Positions 36,307-50,480 are shown, numbered from the whole stretch's first letter. The stretch is 63,794 nucleotides of DNA, filler included, from Bigelowiella natans CCMP2755 (GCA_000320545.1; 7 parts of 7 records of this genome joined end to end with filler, not necessarily neighbours in it); one strand, 5' to 3'. Translations and numbers: made by a program. The notes: a model not told the origin generated them from the letters alone.

Positions 36307-36632
36307 TGTAGCGCGTACCACTACGCGGGCACAAGTCACGTGCGACAACAAAGGGGTTGTCGCGGATATAGAATATAGATAACGTAGATATTAATACAGC
36401 ATAGGCACGTGGGTTCCGGCGGGACTCATGGCAGCACACCGGAAGTGTGCTGCCCCACGTGCGGCGGCATTCGCGAAAGCTTCGCGAATGATTACGCAGT
36501 GCACGATTTAATAAAAATATAATCTTTAATAAAAATAAACACAACTCTTCAAAAGGAAGCAAACGTGCCTTTCCCCCCCCCTGCCTACTTGTGCACGTAG
36601 CGCCTCGGCCTGTGAACACCTTACGCGCAACA
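36307..36632 (+). repeat. 3' LTR (326 bp)
   Basis: Base-for-base identical to 30917-31242 on manual comparison. Confidence 0.97.
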
Positions 36633-38272
36633 TTCAAACTGAGTGTGAGAAGCAGTTCCGATGCTCATCACCACGATTTGTCGAACGATTTCCTGGATTT
36701 CAAAGGAAGAAAAGTGCGATGTTATCCCGGCAAAGACGGTGTTTGCCGGAAGTAGATCCAAGAGAGTTGAAGCATCGTTGCACACAAAGGGGATTTCGAT
36801 GCGAACACTCAATCTTACACTCAAAATCTGCACAAAATGCAGTTGGATTCTATCCTCGGAATTTTGAGGTTCAGCATGCGCTTTCCGATCGTTGGAATTC
36901 TGAGTGCGGAATTCATGTCGCTTACATATCTCCCCATGTAAAAATGTGAAGGTTTTGCAATGTCCGCTACAATTCCAGAACCGGTATTATCGGACTCTCG
37001 CAAACGACCAGAGCTTCAGAAAAAAAACTACACCAGGCTAATTTTTCAGAAACTAGATTGTCTTTTCCAGATACAGCTGGAACACGTATTATTCAACGTA
37101 GGAAGTAACACATGATAAAAAAGTTCATATTTTCGTTGAGATGTCGCAAGTGGGAAATTCGGAGGAAATAAATCTTTAAAGCGACAATACTTTAATCTTA
37201 TATGATAAATTATAATTTTGCCCAACAGGCATAGCCTTTAATTTCAGACACAGAGCCTCTGCAAAAGTACACCCAAAATCCGATGTTTACAATCCTCACA
37301 TGAAAATGCAGGAGGGATATGATAAAAATGATTAAACAGTTCCTGTAACAGCAATAATCACAATTTAGACTTATCGTTCTCTCAAGTTATGAGACCAGAT
37401 CGGTTAGTTCAAAAATTGTGTCATATTCCACCAAAAAGCTGTATTCTTAAGGTTTAAAAAGGCTGTATTTCGACAATATACTAATTTTTTGCCTTGCCTG
37501 AATAAGGATTCGATTGGATGTCTCTCCAAATCTGAAAAGGTCGCTTTGAACATTCGAACTCCAGTATTTTCACCTACCATTAAGTCCACAGGATAATTAT
37601 GTTAATTTTCGGAGGTTCTACATTGACGCTCATTGTAAAGGTAATGTAACTTACCTATATTGTGGTAATAGGATGCCTTTTTAGGCCTTAATTCTAGTTT
37701 CTTCTTTTTTTTCTCACCAGACGTCGAATAAAACAGGTGCCATCACTCGACCCCCCATCAAAGTTACGAATTTGCGACACGGGGTGGGAGTTCTATATCG
37801 CTTTGTCATGAAGCTCAATGCTTAACTACTAGTGTATATAGACATGTGGATTTTCCACCTAAAATATTCATTCAAAAAACCGACCAACGTGTGAATTTTA
37901 TAATTCGATGGGGATGTTGCTCGACAATCCCTCAAAAATAGATGGCTATTCATTTCTTTATTCCATTTCCGTTTGGAAGACACGGTGAATTTTGCACTGA
38001 AATCGTTTGCTCTGCTCAAGCACCGTCTACTGTCTATTTCCTGATAGTTGAGAATTTGGTTCCAACTGGGACGGTGATACAGAGACTCTACGTAACTAGA
38101 TTGGATTTATGAATAATACTTTCGAATACATCTTGCGGGACAACTTTTAATATTCTTTTGGTTATTGCGATATTTGTTATCCCATCTTTCTCAGGACGAA
38201 AATTATCAGGCTGGTTGGATGTGGGCCTCTTCATCTTCCCAGTGCGATCATGGGAATAGCAAGAAGAAGAGA

Positions 38273-40124
38273 ATGGCGAATTATAAACTGGGGTCAATTA
38301 TAGGATTAGGAACCTACGGAGAGGTTAGTCGTCTCAAAAATACATATATATTATACACATGAGGAAAACCTTTTGAGATTGTCGAATACGAAAGTCTTCG
38401 CTGGAATCCTATTCGTTGAATTCTTCCTTGATTAATGAGATATCTAAATTTAGGTTCGTTATGCTGAGAATGAGAATGGTTTACCTGTGGCCATCAAGGT
38501 TTGTTTGAGATGGTTGCTGCCACTTCTCCCCACATCCGAAAGACCATGCCCCGAAAATCATTTGAATGTTTTTTTTATTTTCTTCCAGATTGTGGATTTG
38601 TCTAAGTTCGAGGAGGATGCTGCAGAAATGATGACGAAGGAGATTAAGATCCTTCAATCGTTAAATCATCCTCAAGTAATCCGCATTGTCGAGGTCCTCG
38701 ACAATGCTCCTCATACAGGGAGCTGGTGCGACTCGTGCGCTTGTTCGGAGCTGAAAGCGACCTTCAATGGCACGTGCGCCAACTGCAATCACGACACCTG
38801 TGACCACGTAGAGGAAGACGAAGTCCGCCACGTGCTAATGATAGTGCAGGAACTGGCGGCGGGTGGGGAATTGTTCGGGCTCCTCACCCAGGGCGCTTTT
38901 TCGGAGTCGCTTGCCCGCTTCTACTTTCGCCAGCTGATCTTTGGATTGGAACACTGTCACTCCCGTGGAGTAGTCCACAGGGACCTCAAGCCCGAAAATC
39001 TAGTACTCGATTCGTCTTTCAACTTGAAGATAGTAGATTTTGGGTTGGCCGCCATGGGCAGCAAGACGGGAATAACGTACCACAGTGGAGTGGGCTCGCA
39101 GCCATATACTGCGCCTGAGGTATATTACAATAAGGAGCTTTTCGGTAGTCGAGGGTACCGGGGCGAACCAGCGGACATATGGAGCTGTGCTGTCATCCTC
39201 TACGTCATGCTGAAGGGATCTCCGCCCTTCCGACGGCCTCTGCTAAAGAGCCTCGGAAACTCGAATCGCCTGCGTCGTTGCCCCCACTTTTGTGCGCTAA
39301 TGCGAGGGAAAGGGTACAATAAGATCTCGCCTGCTGCAAAGGAATTCTTGCAGAAGCTTTTCGTGATCGACCCAAATAAACGATTGACTATCAAGGAAAT
39401 GAAGAGCGAACCCTGGTTCCGTGGCCCTATCCCCTCCCCCTCGCAGGTTCAGAACATGATCAGGCACAAAGCACGGGAAGTCTGGATGGAGCAGCTTAAG
39501 CCTGAGATGGCTGAGGTGTTGGAAAAATACTCAGGCTCGTCCTCTTACCTTCATGGAGATGACGAGAAGGACGATAAGGACGAGCACGACGATGAGACTT
39601 TACAAGCAACCCAAGGTCGGCCAACGGCATCTGCGCCCATGCAGATCCCGCCACGTCGCCCGCGCCCAACGCTATCCCCCTCCAACTCGTACATCTCCAC
39701 GCCAGCGAAATCTATGGTCCTGAATTCATACGTGGGGAATTCCCCCTGCGAATCGCCGCCTTTCATGCCGTCAGCCTCTCCCGCATCGCTGGCAGGGAAC
39801 TCCTTCATAAATACCCCGGCAGGGACGCCATCGACGCCCTCGCACTTGCCCTCACCCTCGCCCGTATTAACACAGGTCCCTGCTATATTCAACTTGGCCT
39901 CGGGGTCCAGTCAGGCCTCCATCCTCTCATCGCATGCGCCGCCCCTATCTTCTTCTACTTTGCGCACGCAAATATCTGCGACCCCGCCTCCGCGCGTGTC
40001 GGCGCTTGGACGTTCTCTCCTGGCTGCCGGTACTCCGTTATCGTCCAAGAATAGGAGCAGCAACAACGATGTGAAAGAGCAAAAGGAGTCTTCTTTCCAG
40101 CACTACAGCCGCAACAACAGCAGC

Positions 40125-40156
<32 letters not shown>

Positions 40157-40718
40157 CTCTTCCTCGTCATCTCTGCAGACGGTCACCACTAGCATGTCCA
40201 TTCTAAAGGTCCATTCAGCAAATAGGCTTAGGAATAATAACACCGAAACGACTAGTAGTGGTGACAAAGTAGATGAGAAGGAGGCCTCAAAGCACGTTAG
40301 ATCTTCCACCGACAACACCAATAAAGAACGAGAGGATAATCAGCAGCAGCAGCAGCAGGGTGTGTATCACAGCAGCTCTAGCGAGCTAGAGATCGGACCA
40401 GAGGGTAACTTCGCGGTGCACACAACGCTTAGGACGAACGGGTCGGTGAGAGAGATAATCTGCCTGTTACTAGCATACTTCTCCTCCTCGGCCTCAATGG
40501 AGAACATGGAGTGTGCAGTTGATCAAAGGAGCGCGGCCTCCAGCACCTTGCATGTGACCGGGGTGTACAGTCGAAAGCAGATTAGCTGTAAGATTGACGT
40601 GGTAGACGACGGGGGGGGGATCGACCTAAGAACCATCTCCTTCCGTCGTATTCAGGGAAATAGCCTCGCCTTCCAGAGGTTCTTTTTAGAGACGTCACAA
40701 GCAATATGGAACCGCTAG
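38273..40718 (+). CDS. CAMK-group (SnRK/CIPK/MARK-like) Ser/Thr protein kinase with Cys/His insert and KA1-like C-terminal domain
   Basis: MANYKLGSIIGLGTYGE|VRYAENENGLPVAIK|IVDL..., ELAAGGELF, VVHRDLKPENL, IVDFGLA, GSQPYTAPE, ADIWSCAVILYVML, DPNKRLTI; C-terminal ISFRRIQGNSLAFQRFF resembles KA1. Confidence 0.92.
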
Positions 40719-42499
40719 TGACGCATCCCCACGCCACCCCCTGTTTTAATACATTTTTGTATATCATTTTAACATACGTTTAACAACTACTGGATACCCA
40801 GAATCCTCATCTGAATACAGCCTGAAGGACAGAGCTTCCTCGGGACTTAAGAGAAATTTCTTCCCTAAATAATCTGTGAATGTGCATAATGACGAAGACA
40901 AAATTGTCGGGTTGAGATAAAAAATAAAAATAGGTTTTTTATCAATTAATCTAAAAAATCTAATTGTAATCATTATTACGGTGATCAATCAAATTATTGT
41001 ATCGGTTACTTGCTTGCTCAGTCATGTGCGCGCAATATTGTATACCTGCTCCTATTAATTCATATTTATAGAGTTTCGCATACAGTATACGAGACCGACA
41101 CTCACGTACGCTACCTAGCGCCCATGCTAGCATGGACGACGAAGGCTAACTACAACATACTCGTACAGTCTAGCAGTGTTATGGTGCGATACGTATCGCT
41201 ACAGACGACCAAGAAGCGCTATAGCATATAGCTGCATAGTGCGATGTGCGCCGTATCATACTATAGTATAATACTAGCGTAAATATCCTGAGTGAGGGTT
41301 GAGCTAGTGATGCAAGATGAGTGAAAGTGCATGCTATGATGTAATAAGCAAGCATGTACATATGAGATGCGGAATAATTATTATTGGACGTAGCAGTCCA
41401 GCTAGTGTAAAATGAAAGGATTATACATTTTTCCATTGACATCTGGCCTAGCGTAGCCTGTCGTCTAGCTGTGTAAAGCTACAGCTTCGACGCACTTACA
41501 AAATGTCCATGTTAGCATTACGTAAATGCAAGAACTACTATAGACACAGTATATGTGATGTATGAGACGGATGTAATGAAATGTTTAAATTGTTTCAATG
41601 GTCATCCTAATGTAGCTGTGCAATGCAGCGGCTACAGCGCTTAAATTGTGTCTATTTGTTTCCTTGATACTATAGACACAGTATATATTCTATTGTTGAT
41701 CACATGGCGCATGCATGAAAATGCATCCTGTTTTGGTCTAGCATGGCGCGCTTTGCGCGCAGCTTCTCGACTTGTTTGCTCTGCGGTTGTGAGACGCGTG
41801 GTCTCATCATTGCGATATGTGATGTATATAATACATAACGCATATAACACATACGATAATACATATAACATATACGTATGTCTATTGTGACTAGAAGAAG
41901 TGACATCTACGACATGTAGTAAACATATAACTTTGCGGTAGGGTCAAACGCATGGCAGACGCAACACGCGAGCGTTGTAGCCGCTGTATGTATCGTATTT
42001 ATCATATACATGCACAGTAGATAGCTAGACAGCTACATCGATCGGTATAAACATCCATTGAAAAAATTTAATGTCACTTCATTACATTTATCGTCTATCT
42101 TTGCAGGGTTATTACTGCTGACGTACACCGCATGCACGGGTGTGCTTTGGAACATTTTTGTATGTATGGGCATCACGAATCATCGAATAGCCAACGCCAT
42201 GCATGTGCATGCGACACATGCTGGCGTGCATGTTGTGCATGCTGCTGAAAAAGGAATTTAATGCATACTATCTCGAGTACAACAGCACTTGTGTCTATTG
42301 TGTTGTGCACATCGTATAAAATAATGTGCATTTATACGCATTACATTATTCCAGCGTATCTAGGAATTTGCATATCCTCGATTTAGGAAACAACGTTGTC
42401 TATATTATCAAGGACATGACTCTACAACGTTGCTATCATTCCAATGCAATTGCACTGAACAAACTCAGTAGATCTCAAGTTGCAGGAAAGAAAGTCCAC

Positions 42500-42694
42500 A
42501 TACCATCTAGGTAGCACTAATAGAACGTTCTCGCGATTCTACATTTCTTCAAGCTCCCCCCCTTCATCAAGATCAAAAGCTATTTCGGCAACATCGGTTG
42601 CTTCGATTTCGTCTGGCGGCAATAACAACACAGCGTGCGTCATTTTAAAAGTGAAATTTAGACCAAAAAATCGGAGACATATTTTGTGGACTCA

Positions 42695-42731
<37 letters not shown>

Positions 42732-43720
42732 TAACAAATAGAATATATCTTCAATTTATACACGATCGAGTGCGAGAGTAGAAGAGAACGGAAATGAGGA
42801 ATTAGAGGAAATATAATGAGTGCGTGAAAAGTAGTGGAAAATGATATCAACTAATTTTGACCTTCTTTCGTTCCGAAAGATATTTTCACTTTTAATTTCT
42901 GTTGTATAAGGCCTGCCAGTATTCTCTTGCGGTTAAGAAGGCAGGTTTCAAGTTAGAACAGCACACAAATTGTCACACAACACCACGCACACGCACAGGG
43001 GAGAAAATGGGTTGCAGTCGAACCTTTATATTATGTGAATTATTTTCCACTTCCTGGCCGTTGATTGCTAAGATCCTCCATTTAGGCTGAAAAGAATAAA
43101 TGAAGAGACATCAATAATTGGTAATTATAAGAAAATTCGGGTAAAAATGGAGAAGATCGAGGAGACTCGTTGTAATTTCCACTATTCCCGGAATAAAATA
43201 TGTATTACCTGCACACCCAATTTATGCCCCTGGCCTTTCAGAAACACCTGCATAGTGAAAGTAGAAAGAAATTGAGACATAGGGTATCTCGCAACAGTAA
43301 TGATAGATAGTATATGCCCCCCTTGCGTTGCATTCGTTGCGAGAGTAGAAGATAGTTACATCTACCACAAACAGACACTAGATCATTTACTTTAAAAACG
43401 GTCCAGCCTTTAATGCAAAGCCCGAGTGTTTCTGGCTTGAATTCTATTTCTACAACTGAATGAAAAGATACAAATGAATAATATATATATATATATATAT
43501 ATATCACATAATGTATTTTTTTATATATGTAATGTTGTCACACCATTCATTTTTTGGGGCGTTCAGCGGCTGTTTAATAATGCTTGACGATGTTACAACC
43601 TGCTCCCCTATCTTTAGAATCCTCAACTGGGGGGGGTGCCGTTGGCTTCGCACTCTTCTTCGCCTTTCCCGGTCCTGATATTCCGCCTCCCATAGGTGGC
43701 GCAAGAATCAAGATGAGAGA
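42500..43720 (-). CDS. Small multi-exon protein with possible PDZ-like domain
   Basis: Exon-like pieces VVEIEFKPETLGLCIKGWTVFKVND and PKWRILAINGQEV resemble PDZ motifs; structure uncertain. Confidence 0.4.
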
Positions 43721-45199
43721 ATCTGTGGTGTTATGGGATTATTTCTCAGTTAAGCGATGACGAGATTCTCGCACTCTTCTCAGAAAACTTTGTGAGTGCC
43801 ACTGGATGATCCTATATTTCCCGCCCCCCCCGTCTTCCATATTAGTTCGATAACCGGTTGGACGTTACCAGGAGCAAGTCGTACGAGTATGTAGATCTTT
43901 ATTAACACCCGTTTTCAGGTTCGGCATGATTCGTCAGATTTTATGCCGGCATAATTTCTGCCGAACTCCGTTCATTTTCAGGTTCCAGAGAAATATTTCG
44001 ATGCAATCTGAAAATAGGCACTTGCAACGAGTAGTGCTTTGGACAAAATTGAGCGAAAGAGACGCGCGCGGAGTGTATTCGCGCCAGATCGATGAATCCC
44101 GGTAGGGGCCCCGGGTATTATGCCAGTAAATAACGGGAATGCCGGAAGCCCCGACGGCATTTTAGGTGATATCATTTTTCGGCATAAAATCTCTGCCTAC
44201 AGCCGTTTTTCCAAGCGAAACAGTCGCCATCCTTTTTGAAGAAAACGTGGGCATTTTTATCCTGCGACGGACGAATTATTCCTTTCGTCGTACCGGTACA
44301 TCGCTGGCGCAATTTTGCGGCAAGTCTATGTCGCTCATTACATGAAGGATATGATAAATGGAGTGCGACAACCGAACTCAAGCTGAAAATCTAGGAAACG
44401 CTTCTACAACGAGCACGAGCACGAGCAGCAAGACAAATGGTGTGGATCTAGATGTAACTCAAGGAATACCTATGAGGTGTTGGAAATCGGGTTATAGATG
44501 AAGGTCAATACCGTGCATGGGGGCAAAATGGTTCTTATCTTAAACTTTCAAGTCAGATCCAAAGGGAACGCTGTGTGAGTCTAACTAAACCACTAGGTAG
44601 TTCCCTTCGCTCTAGCGCCAAATCACGTTCGACTACTTGCAAGCGCACTGTGGTCACAATTATCTAGTTGTGGAGTGCAGGTGGCCTTGCAGGTGCATGG
44701 ACATCTGCAAACACACAGCACCTGTGCGCGCGTACGTTGCATGTCGTCACGAGCGTGTAACGTTACAACTACTCCACGAAACTGGGCTAATGCTAGCAAG
44801 CTAAATTCGAGAAGAGATCTTAGTCTCGGCCGGCCGAATGCATAGAATGTTTGAAGCGGACATTTGTAATTCACATGTTTGTGAAGTGATCATCGTCATC
44901 ACAAAAAGGGCCAACTGGTATGTGACAACGCATATGTGTTTTCGCGGCAGTGTGTCTGTGTGTGCCTACATTGTGCACATCGCCATGCACGTAATATGTG
45001 CGGCTTGTCCAACGAGTGGCTGCATGGTATATACGAGTGCAAATAGTAGGTGTTAATCGGACAAATAGAAACATGACTCAATGAAGATGATGGGTCAGTG
45101 CCAAGCATTGTTTCTCTACTTCTGTGACCATGTAATAACATGTGTAATGTGCACTACGGATTATTCATGAGGTTGTGCTTCTCTCCTACATCTACTGTT

Positions 45200-46404
45200 A
45201 CATGTGGACTATTAAAATTGATGTTACTTTGATGCTATACCATAGAGCTGCTAATACGCCTCGAAGTCCGTGGTGCGCCATGACCATGCCGTACTCATCT
45301 CCAGCGAAAATGACACAAGCACTTACTTCCTCTACTGGCTTTCTCTCTGGATTTGCTGCGAACACTTCTGAAGTACAGAGCCGCAAACAAAACACTCCAT
45401 TGTGCACAGGTGCATGCACGAATCCGCCGTCGCTAAATGTTGACTACTCTCCAGTGCTTGAGCCCCAGCGGCCAGCACTAAGAACGAACCAGAGTAGGCC
45501 TACTAACATCGCCTGCAAGGCGCTGGTGAGGATGAACATTTCGTGCTTGCGATTTCGTTGGAAAAAAGCACTCACATTTAGCAACTCATCGTTCTGCCCT
45601 CCTTGCCCGGATGGAAAGGATGTCTGCGCCAGCCCCATCATTGGAAAATTGTCGATTGTGATGGTTTTCGTTGGTGATTTGCATGGAGGGCTTTCCTTCA
45701 TGGGGCTACAATCCCGCGACTGTTTTCCAACTTTGTTCTGCATCTGGCAATTCTCCCCCGGTTTTCTCGCTGACCCCCCTCCCCTCCTGTGATCTTCACA
45801 CGTAGCGCTTCTGCGCTGGGAGGATTTGACGGTGGAGGCAGAGCACGGAGAAACATCACGACATCTGCGAGACGCACCATTCGATATGTATAACTCACCG
45901 GCTTCTTGGCCAGCACGCGGGTGTTCCGGTCGCTGTTCTTGCTGCTGTTGTTGGAGTCGTTTGGGATGGTTTTGATTACGCTGTGCCGTATTTGCACTCA
46001 TATCACTGGCAGAGGAAGGAAAAGATGCGAGAGTCCTGCTTTCCTGCCTTGTAGCTCTTGCTTCTGGGGAGCGGGAGAGAGATGAAGCTGGGGCTTGCGA
46101 GCGATGGCGACCTCTCCTACTCGCAGCATGGCTACTACTTGCCAATACCCCATCATTGCTACCAACTCCATCTCCTTCCTTGATTGACCTATTATTATCC
46201 AAGGATAGGCCTATCTGTTTCCGATCCAACCGTATCGACCGTGTTTCGTCAAGAGTGGAAAGAGCTTGAAAGCGCCCTACCCCTTGCGTGGATTCTTCGC
46301 GCTTTCGTATGGCGGTAGGACTGATGGAACTGAAGTGAACGCCCAGGTGGACCATACTAAAGCGCTTTGCAATCTTGGCACGGTCTCGAACGGAGAGGAT
46401 CCTG

Positions 46405-46440
<36 letters not shown>

Positions 46441-47055
46441 ATCACGACTGGAAAACAGCAGTTTATATCACCCAACAGCAACGCCGAAAACTTCGGAAAG
46501 GTGCTTACCATGGCTCAAGTCCGTACTTCTGGGAGAGGAAACCAACGATGGTCTCTGTTATCAACACCACGCTGTACCTTGCGAGTCAACAAGAAATAGT
46601 CATCTACTTAATCGTATGCACAGGCGCAACTTGAGCACACATTCATCATAAACGGCTTCGCCTCACCACACAAGGCGACGGGTAAACAATCTAAGTGAAG
46701 GGAAAATAGTTCCAGATTAGATCTAACGTATGATTATACCCTACAATGACGCGCAAGCGGCTCTTATCGTCATAATCCCGTGTAATCACGGTCATGTTCA
46801 GACGTTCCAGAAAAACAAGTTCTACGACAACCTGGATATTTAGAAGGCTTAGCGTCACAGAGCAGAGTCTCTGCTTCTCTCCAGTCTATTAATCTCACTT
46901 TGTTATAGCCTTTTCCTTTCCCACCACCCCCTCATGTATTACCCCTAGAAGTGCACACAGAGAGGCAACGCTCTCTGCGTACGTTTTCAGCTTTAGAAAC
47001 GTGTACTTTTGCACTGCGAATACAGCACACCTAGGCACATAGGCCGACATATGCA

Positions 47056-47134
<79 letters not shown>

Positions 47135-49527
47135 GGGAGACAGAAATTATAAGTGTATATCCCACCAAGTTATTATTAGTCTTGAGTTCAGCTTCTTACT
47201 GGTCGGGGTTAAGGCCTAGCATACGCATGCGAATACGATGAAACATGCCGCTGTCAATGAATGCATCTCGAGAGAGAACAAGGCTTAGAAGCGCCCAGAA
47301 TTGCCATGATGGAAACAAACCATCAATGAAAATGATGCTGATCGTATACTCCTGACGACAGAAAACGCCAGCATAAGATACCCCTCGAGAATCCAACTCT
47401 TCTCTACCCCCTTCCCTCCATCCGTGGCGTTCGTTTGCCCCCTCTCTTTCCCCCCCCCCACTCAGCCTCACCTGGAAGAAGAGAAATCCGAAAAGGAGAA
47501 GTGTCAGAAGCTCCGGGATCTCAATCGACAACAGGTGGGGGATGTTGATGACGTTCGTCATCTCCATCATCGTGTAGTTGGCAAAAGCATTCAGGGCGCA
47601 GAATAAAGCCAGTCGCACTACAGCATTCGAAGGGAATCTTTGAGTCAGCCAGAACAAGCACATCATTACCGCCTGTGTCATACAGTGAGTGCTCTTACGC
47701 TGAAAACTAAATCACGATGTTCGATAGGACTGTGACGTTCTACGTGGCTTTTTGGGTCAAAAACCCAACAACATGCGTGCGAAACCGACAAACCTGGCAG
47801 CCGCCTGCGATCGAGTAGGCCGTAGAAAACAACAGCACTGGCTTTAGCTCAACTTGCTCGTTGTTAAGACATTTGAATCCATAAATCTGTTGAAATTAGT
47901 ACTTTATATAAGTAACCTTTTATAAATATACATGCGCCAAGTATTCCGCACCATAAACGCGTTATTTCCGGGCAACATAAGATTGGATGATGAGAATATG
48001 TGTCATTACCACAATGGGAGTTCCTACGACGATACACACGACGAAATAGGTGTTGTATAGTACAGGGGTCACACAAAGCGAGCACACACAAACGACGAAG
48101 TAGCAGGACAGTACGAGGTACATGTTCGTGTATCTGTAGTTTCCAAAGACAAGGGATTAGGAATGAGCTTTCAGGGCGTTAATCCAGGATGATGGTATAG
48201 TTAGATTCGCACTTTGTAAGGAGAGTGTTACACACATATAACTTACACGCAGATATAGGGCGATCAATTACTTGCTCCTACCGCACTGTCTAATGTACTT
48301 TGAAGCATTTGCAGAGCACAATATTAAATACACGTACATGCTTTCCTTTCGCCACCGCGGCCAGCCGCCGTAAGCGTTGAAGTAGAGGATTATACGATAG
48401 GCATTGCATAAGCCCCAGGACAGTCCTATTAAACATGTCTAGGATGATGAACGTAGACCAAGGAGCGCAAATATGAGATTATGTATACATATACAATGGA
48501 ATCCCTGGGCATCACAATCCGGCCTCTACTATTGATCAATACCTCGGACAACTGCGACGATGACACGAACAGCGTTCCCCTGGCTCTGCACGGCACGAGA
48601 TTTCCACAGCGCGGTGGCAAGGCTGTACGGCACTGAGAGAACGAAAGCGAGTACCCAGAAGTTGTGACCGGCAAACACCCGAGGGGCTAAGATCCGGAAG
48701 GCCTGAAGTCCTACGATGGTGTTCGACCACACTAACGCTGCGCTATAGCATGCAATCCCTGCCTCTCCAGTTTCTCCATGCATTAGCACAACGCCAACCA
48801 ACAAGGACGCACATAGACCGCAGAGCGCGATTAGGGGGAAATAAAGCAAATAGCGCGGGAGAGTCTCTCGCCCGGTGAGAAGTTTTGACGCTGTTTTAGT
48901 GGAACAGCATCCAAAACAGAAAGGTGTGTAGAGACTCTCAGCCGTGGATCGTGCGGCAGACCTTCTTGCGATACTACTGGATGTGTTTCGATCTATTTTA
49001 GCTGCAGTCGTCTGGACACGTTGCTGATGTTGCGGCCCAATCAGCAGTTTTGGAGAATGAGTTCGGCTTAGTTCCAAAGGGCTGCCATGCCTCTCATTCT
49101 CGCGCCTTTCCAACACTGAGGAAGCTGACGCGAGCGGCTTTGTATTTGTAGCTACGGAGCGTCCGTGGGCTTTCAGCCATGATGTTCTCGCATGCGTAAC
49201 CGATTCCACGAAGTTAGACGACCCCGTCGGAACGGACTCTCGGGTACTGAAGTAGGAATCTTCGTCATTTGCATACGTTGCCTTGCGATCTGTTGGCCTG
49301 CATCTAGGATCTCCGGCATCGACTTTGCTGTCTCTATGCGTTCCTTCGAATGGGCTGTTTGGACGGCTCCTCATTGAGGATATCACGATTGGCTTGATTG
49401 CCCGAGACGACTCCAATTTACCAACAACCAAGTCGCCTGGACCTGCTGATTTTGGATTCCCATGGTAAGTTGTATGTTCTGGTGCTTGGGAGGGGGAATC
49501 CGTGTGGGCGCTAGGTTTCGGCTTCAA
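45200..49527 (-). CDS. Multi-exon polytopic membrane protein of unknown family with long Ser/Arg-rich soluble regions
   Basis: Long ORFs 48529-49527 and 45444-46410; hydrophobic exons (YLLYFPLIALCGLCASLLVGVVL; VVRLALFCALNAFANY; LLTLLLFGFLFFQ; WQFWALLSLVLSRDAF; ALQAMLVGLLWFVL). Confidence 0.5.
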
Positions 49528-50480
49528 ATGTATGTGTTTAGAGGAGAACAGAAATCAGGGGGGAGTTGGAATAAAATAACCTGTTGTTCTCGAGAAAATA
49601 TGAGTAAAGAGCTAGACGATAAAGAACGTAGCAAGTTTTCAGAGGTTGATTAAATGTTTACTTACCTTTTTTGTACGATGTCGCGGGCTGACAATTTGGA
49701 TACTAGTTACTGCAACAGTGACCTCCTCCCTTTTGCCGGTGGCCATTGCGGGCTAATTGACACTATGGACAAGGGGGGCTGTCGAGGAAGAACAACACCT
49801 CTCAATTTTGTTTGTTGAACTTAAATCGGGCTTAAGAGCCCTCTGTCTGAGACGTGACATTGTGCTCCGAGTGTTCGATTGCGATACCCAGTTTTGCATC
49901 CACTGGGCCTCTATTGAATGTCGTAGCAAGCAAACAGAAGGGCCTGGTCTTCGCTACCACGGGCCAGCAGCCTCCTGGCGAGAAACGCGCCCAACGGATG
50001 AAGCACGGATTTGTTTCAATCATCCGTCGCGCTACCGCCGTCATCCAGAGTTTCAACGCCGAGGCGATCCGACAGAAAACATTGAAAGGGAGACAGGCTT
50101 TTGGGTATGTCGCGCGTAGAAAACTGCAAGGTTCCTTCGATTTCCCTTTTGTAGCATTTCGGGTTTTGAGGACCCGATGAAACGGCCTAAGAATTCCGAT
50201 GCCCGGGTGTCAAATCAAGATGAAATTCGGGAAAACGGCAATAGATCTATATCTGGTTTTAATTTTCTATTCCCCATTATTTTGACACAGCGACATACTA
50301 AAAACTCACCACAGTAACAGATTTGGATATGCGTCCAAAGCCCAGGGTTCCTGCAGGAAGTTTTTGGTATAAACTTTGGTCTATTTGTTGGACGGTAGAA
50401 ATTGTGATGGATTTGACTATTCAACGGCTGACAGTTACTAACAAGAAACGTTCTCTATAACAAAACAGAGAACATAAACA

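Larger units (their letters stand above)
30917..36632 (+). mobile_element. Full-length Ty3/Gypsy-type LTR retrotransposon, recently inserted
   Basis: Two identical 326-bp LTRs (TG...CA), 4-bp TSD TTCA (30913-30916 and 36633-36636), PBS-like TGG after the 5' LTR, PPT before the 3' LTR, single ORF in PR-RT-RH-IN order. Confidence 0.97.
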
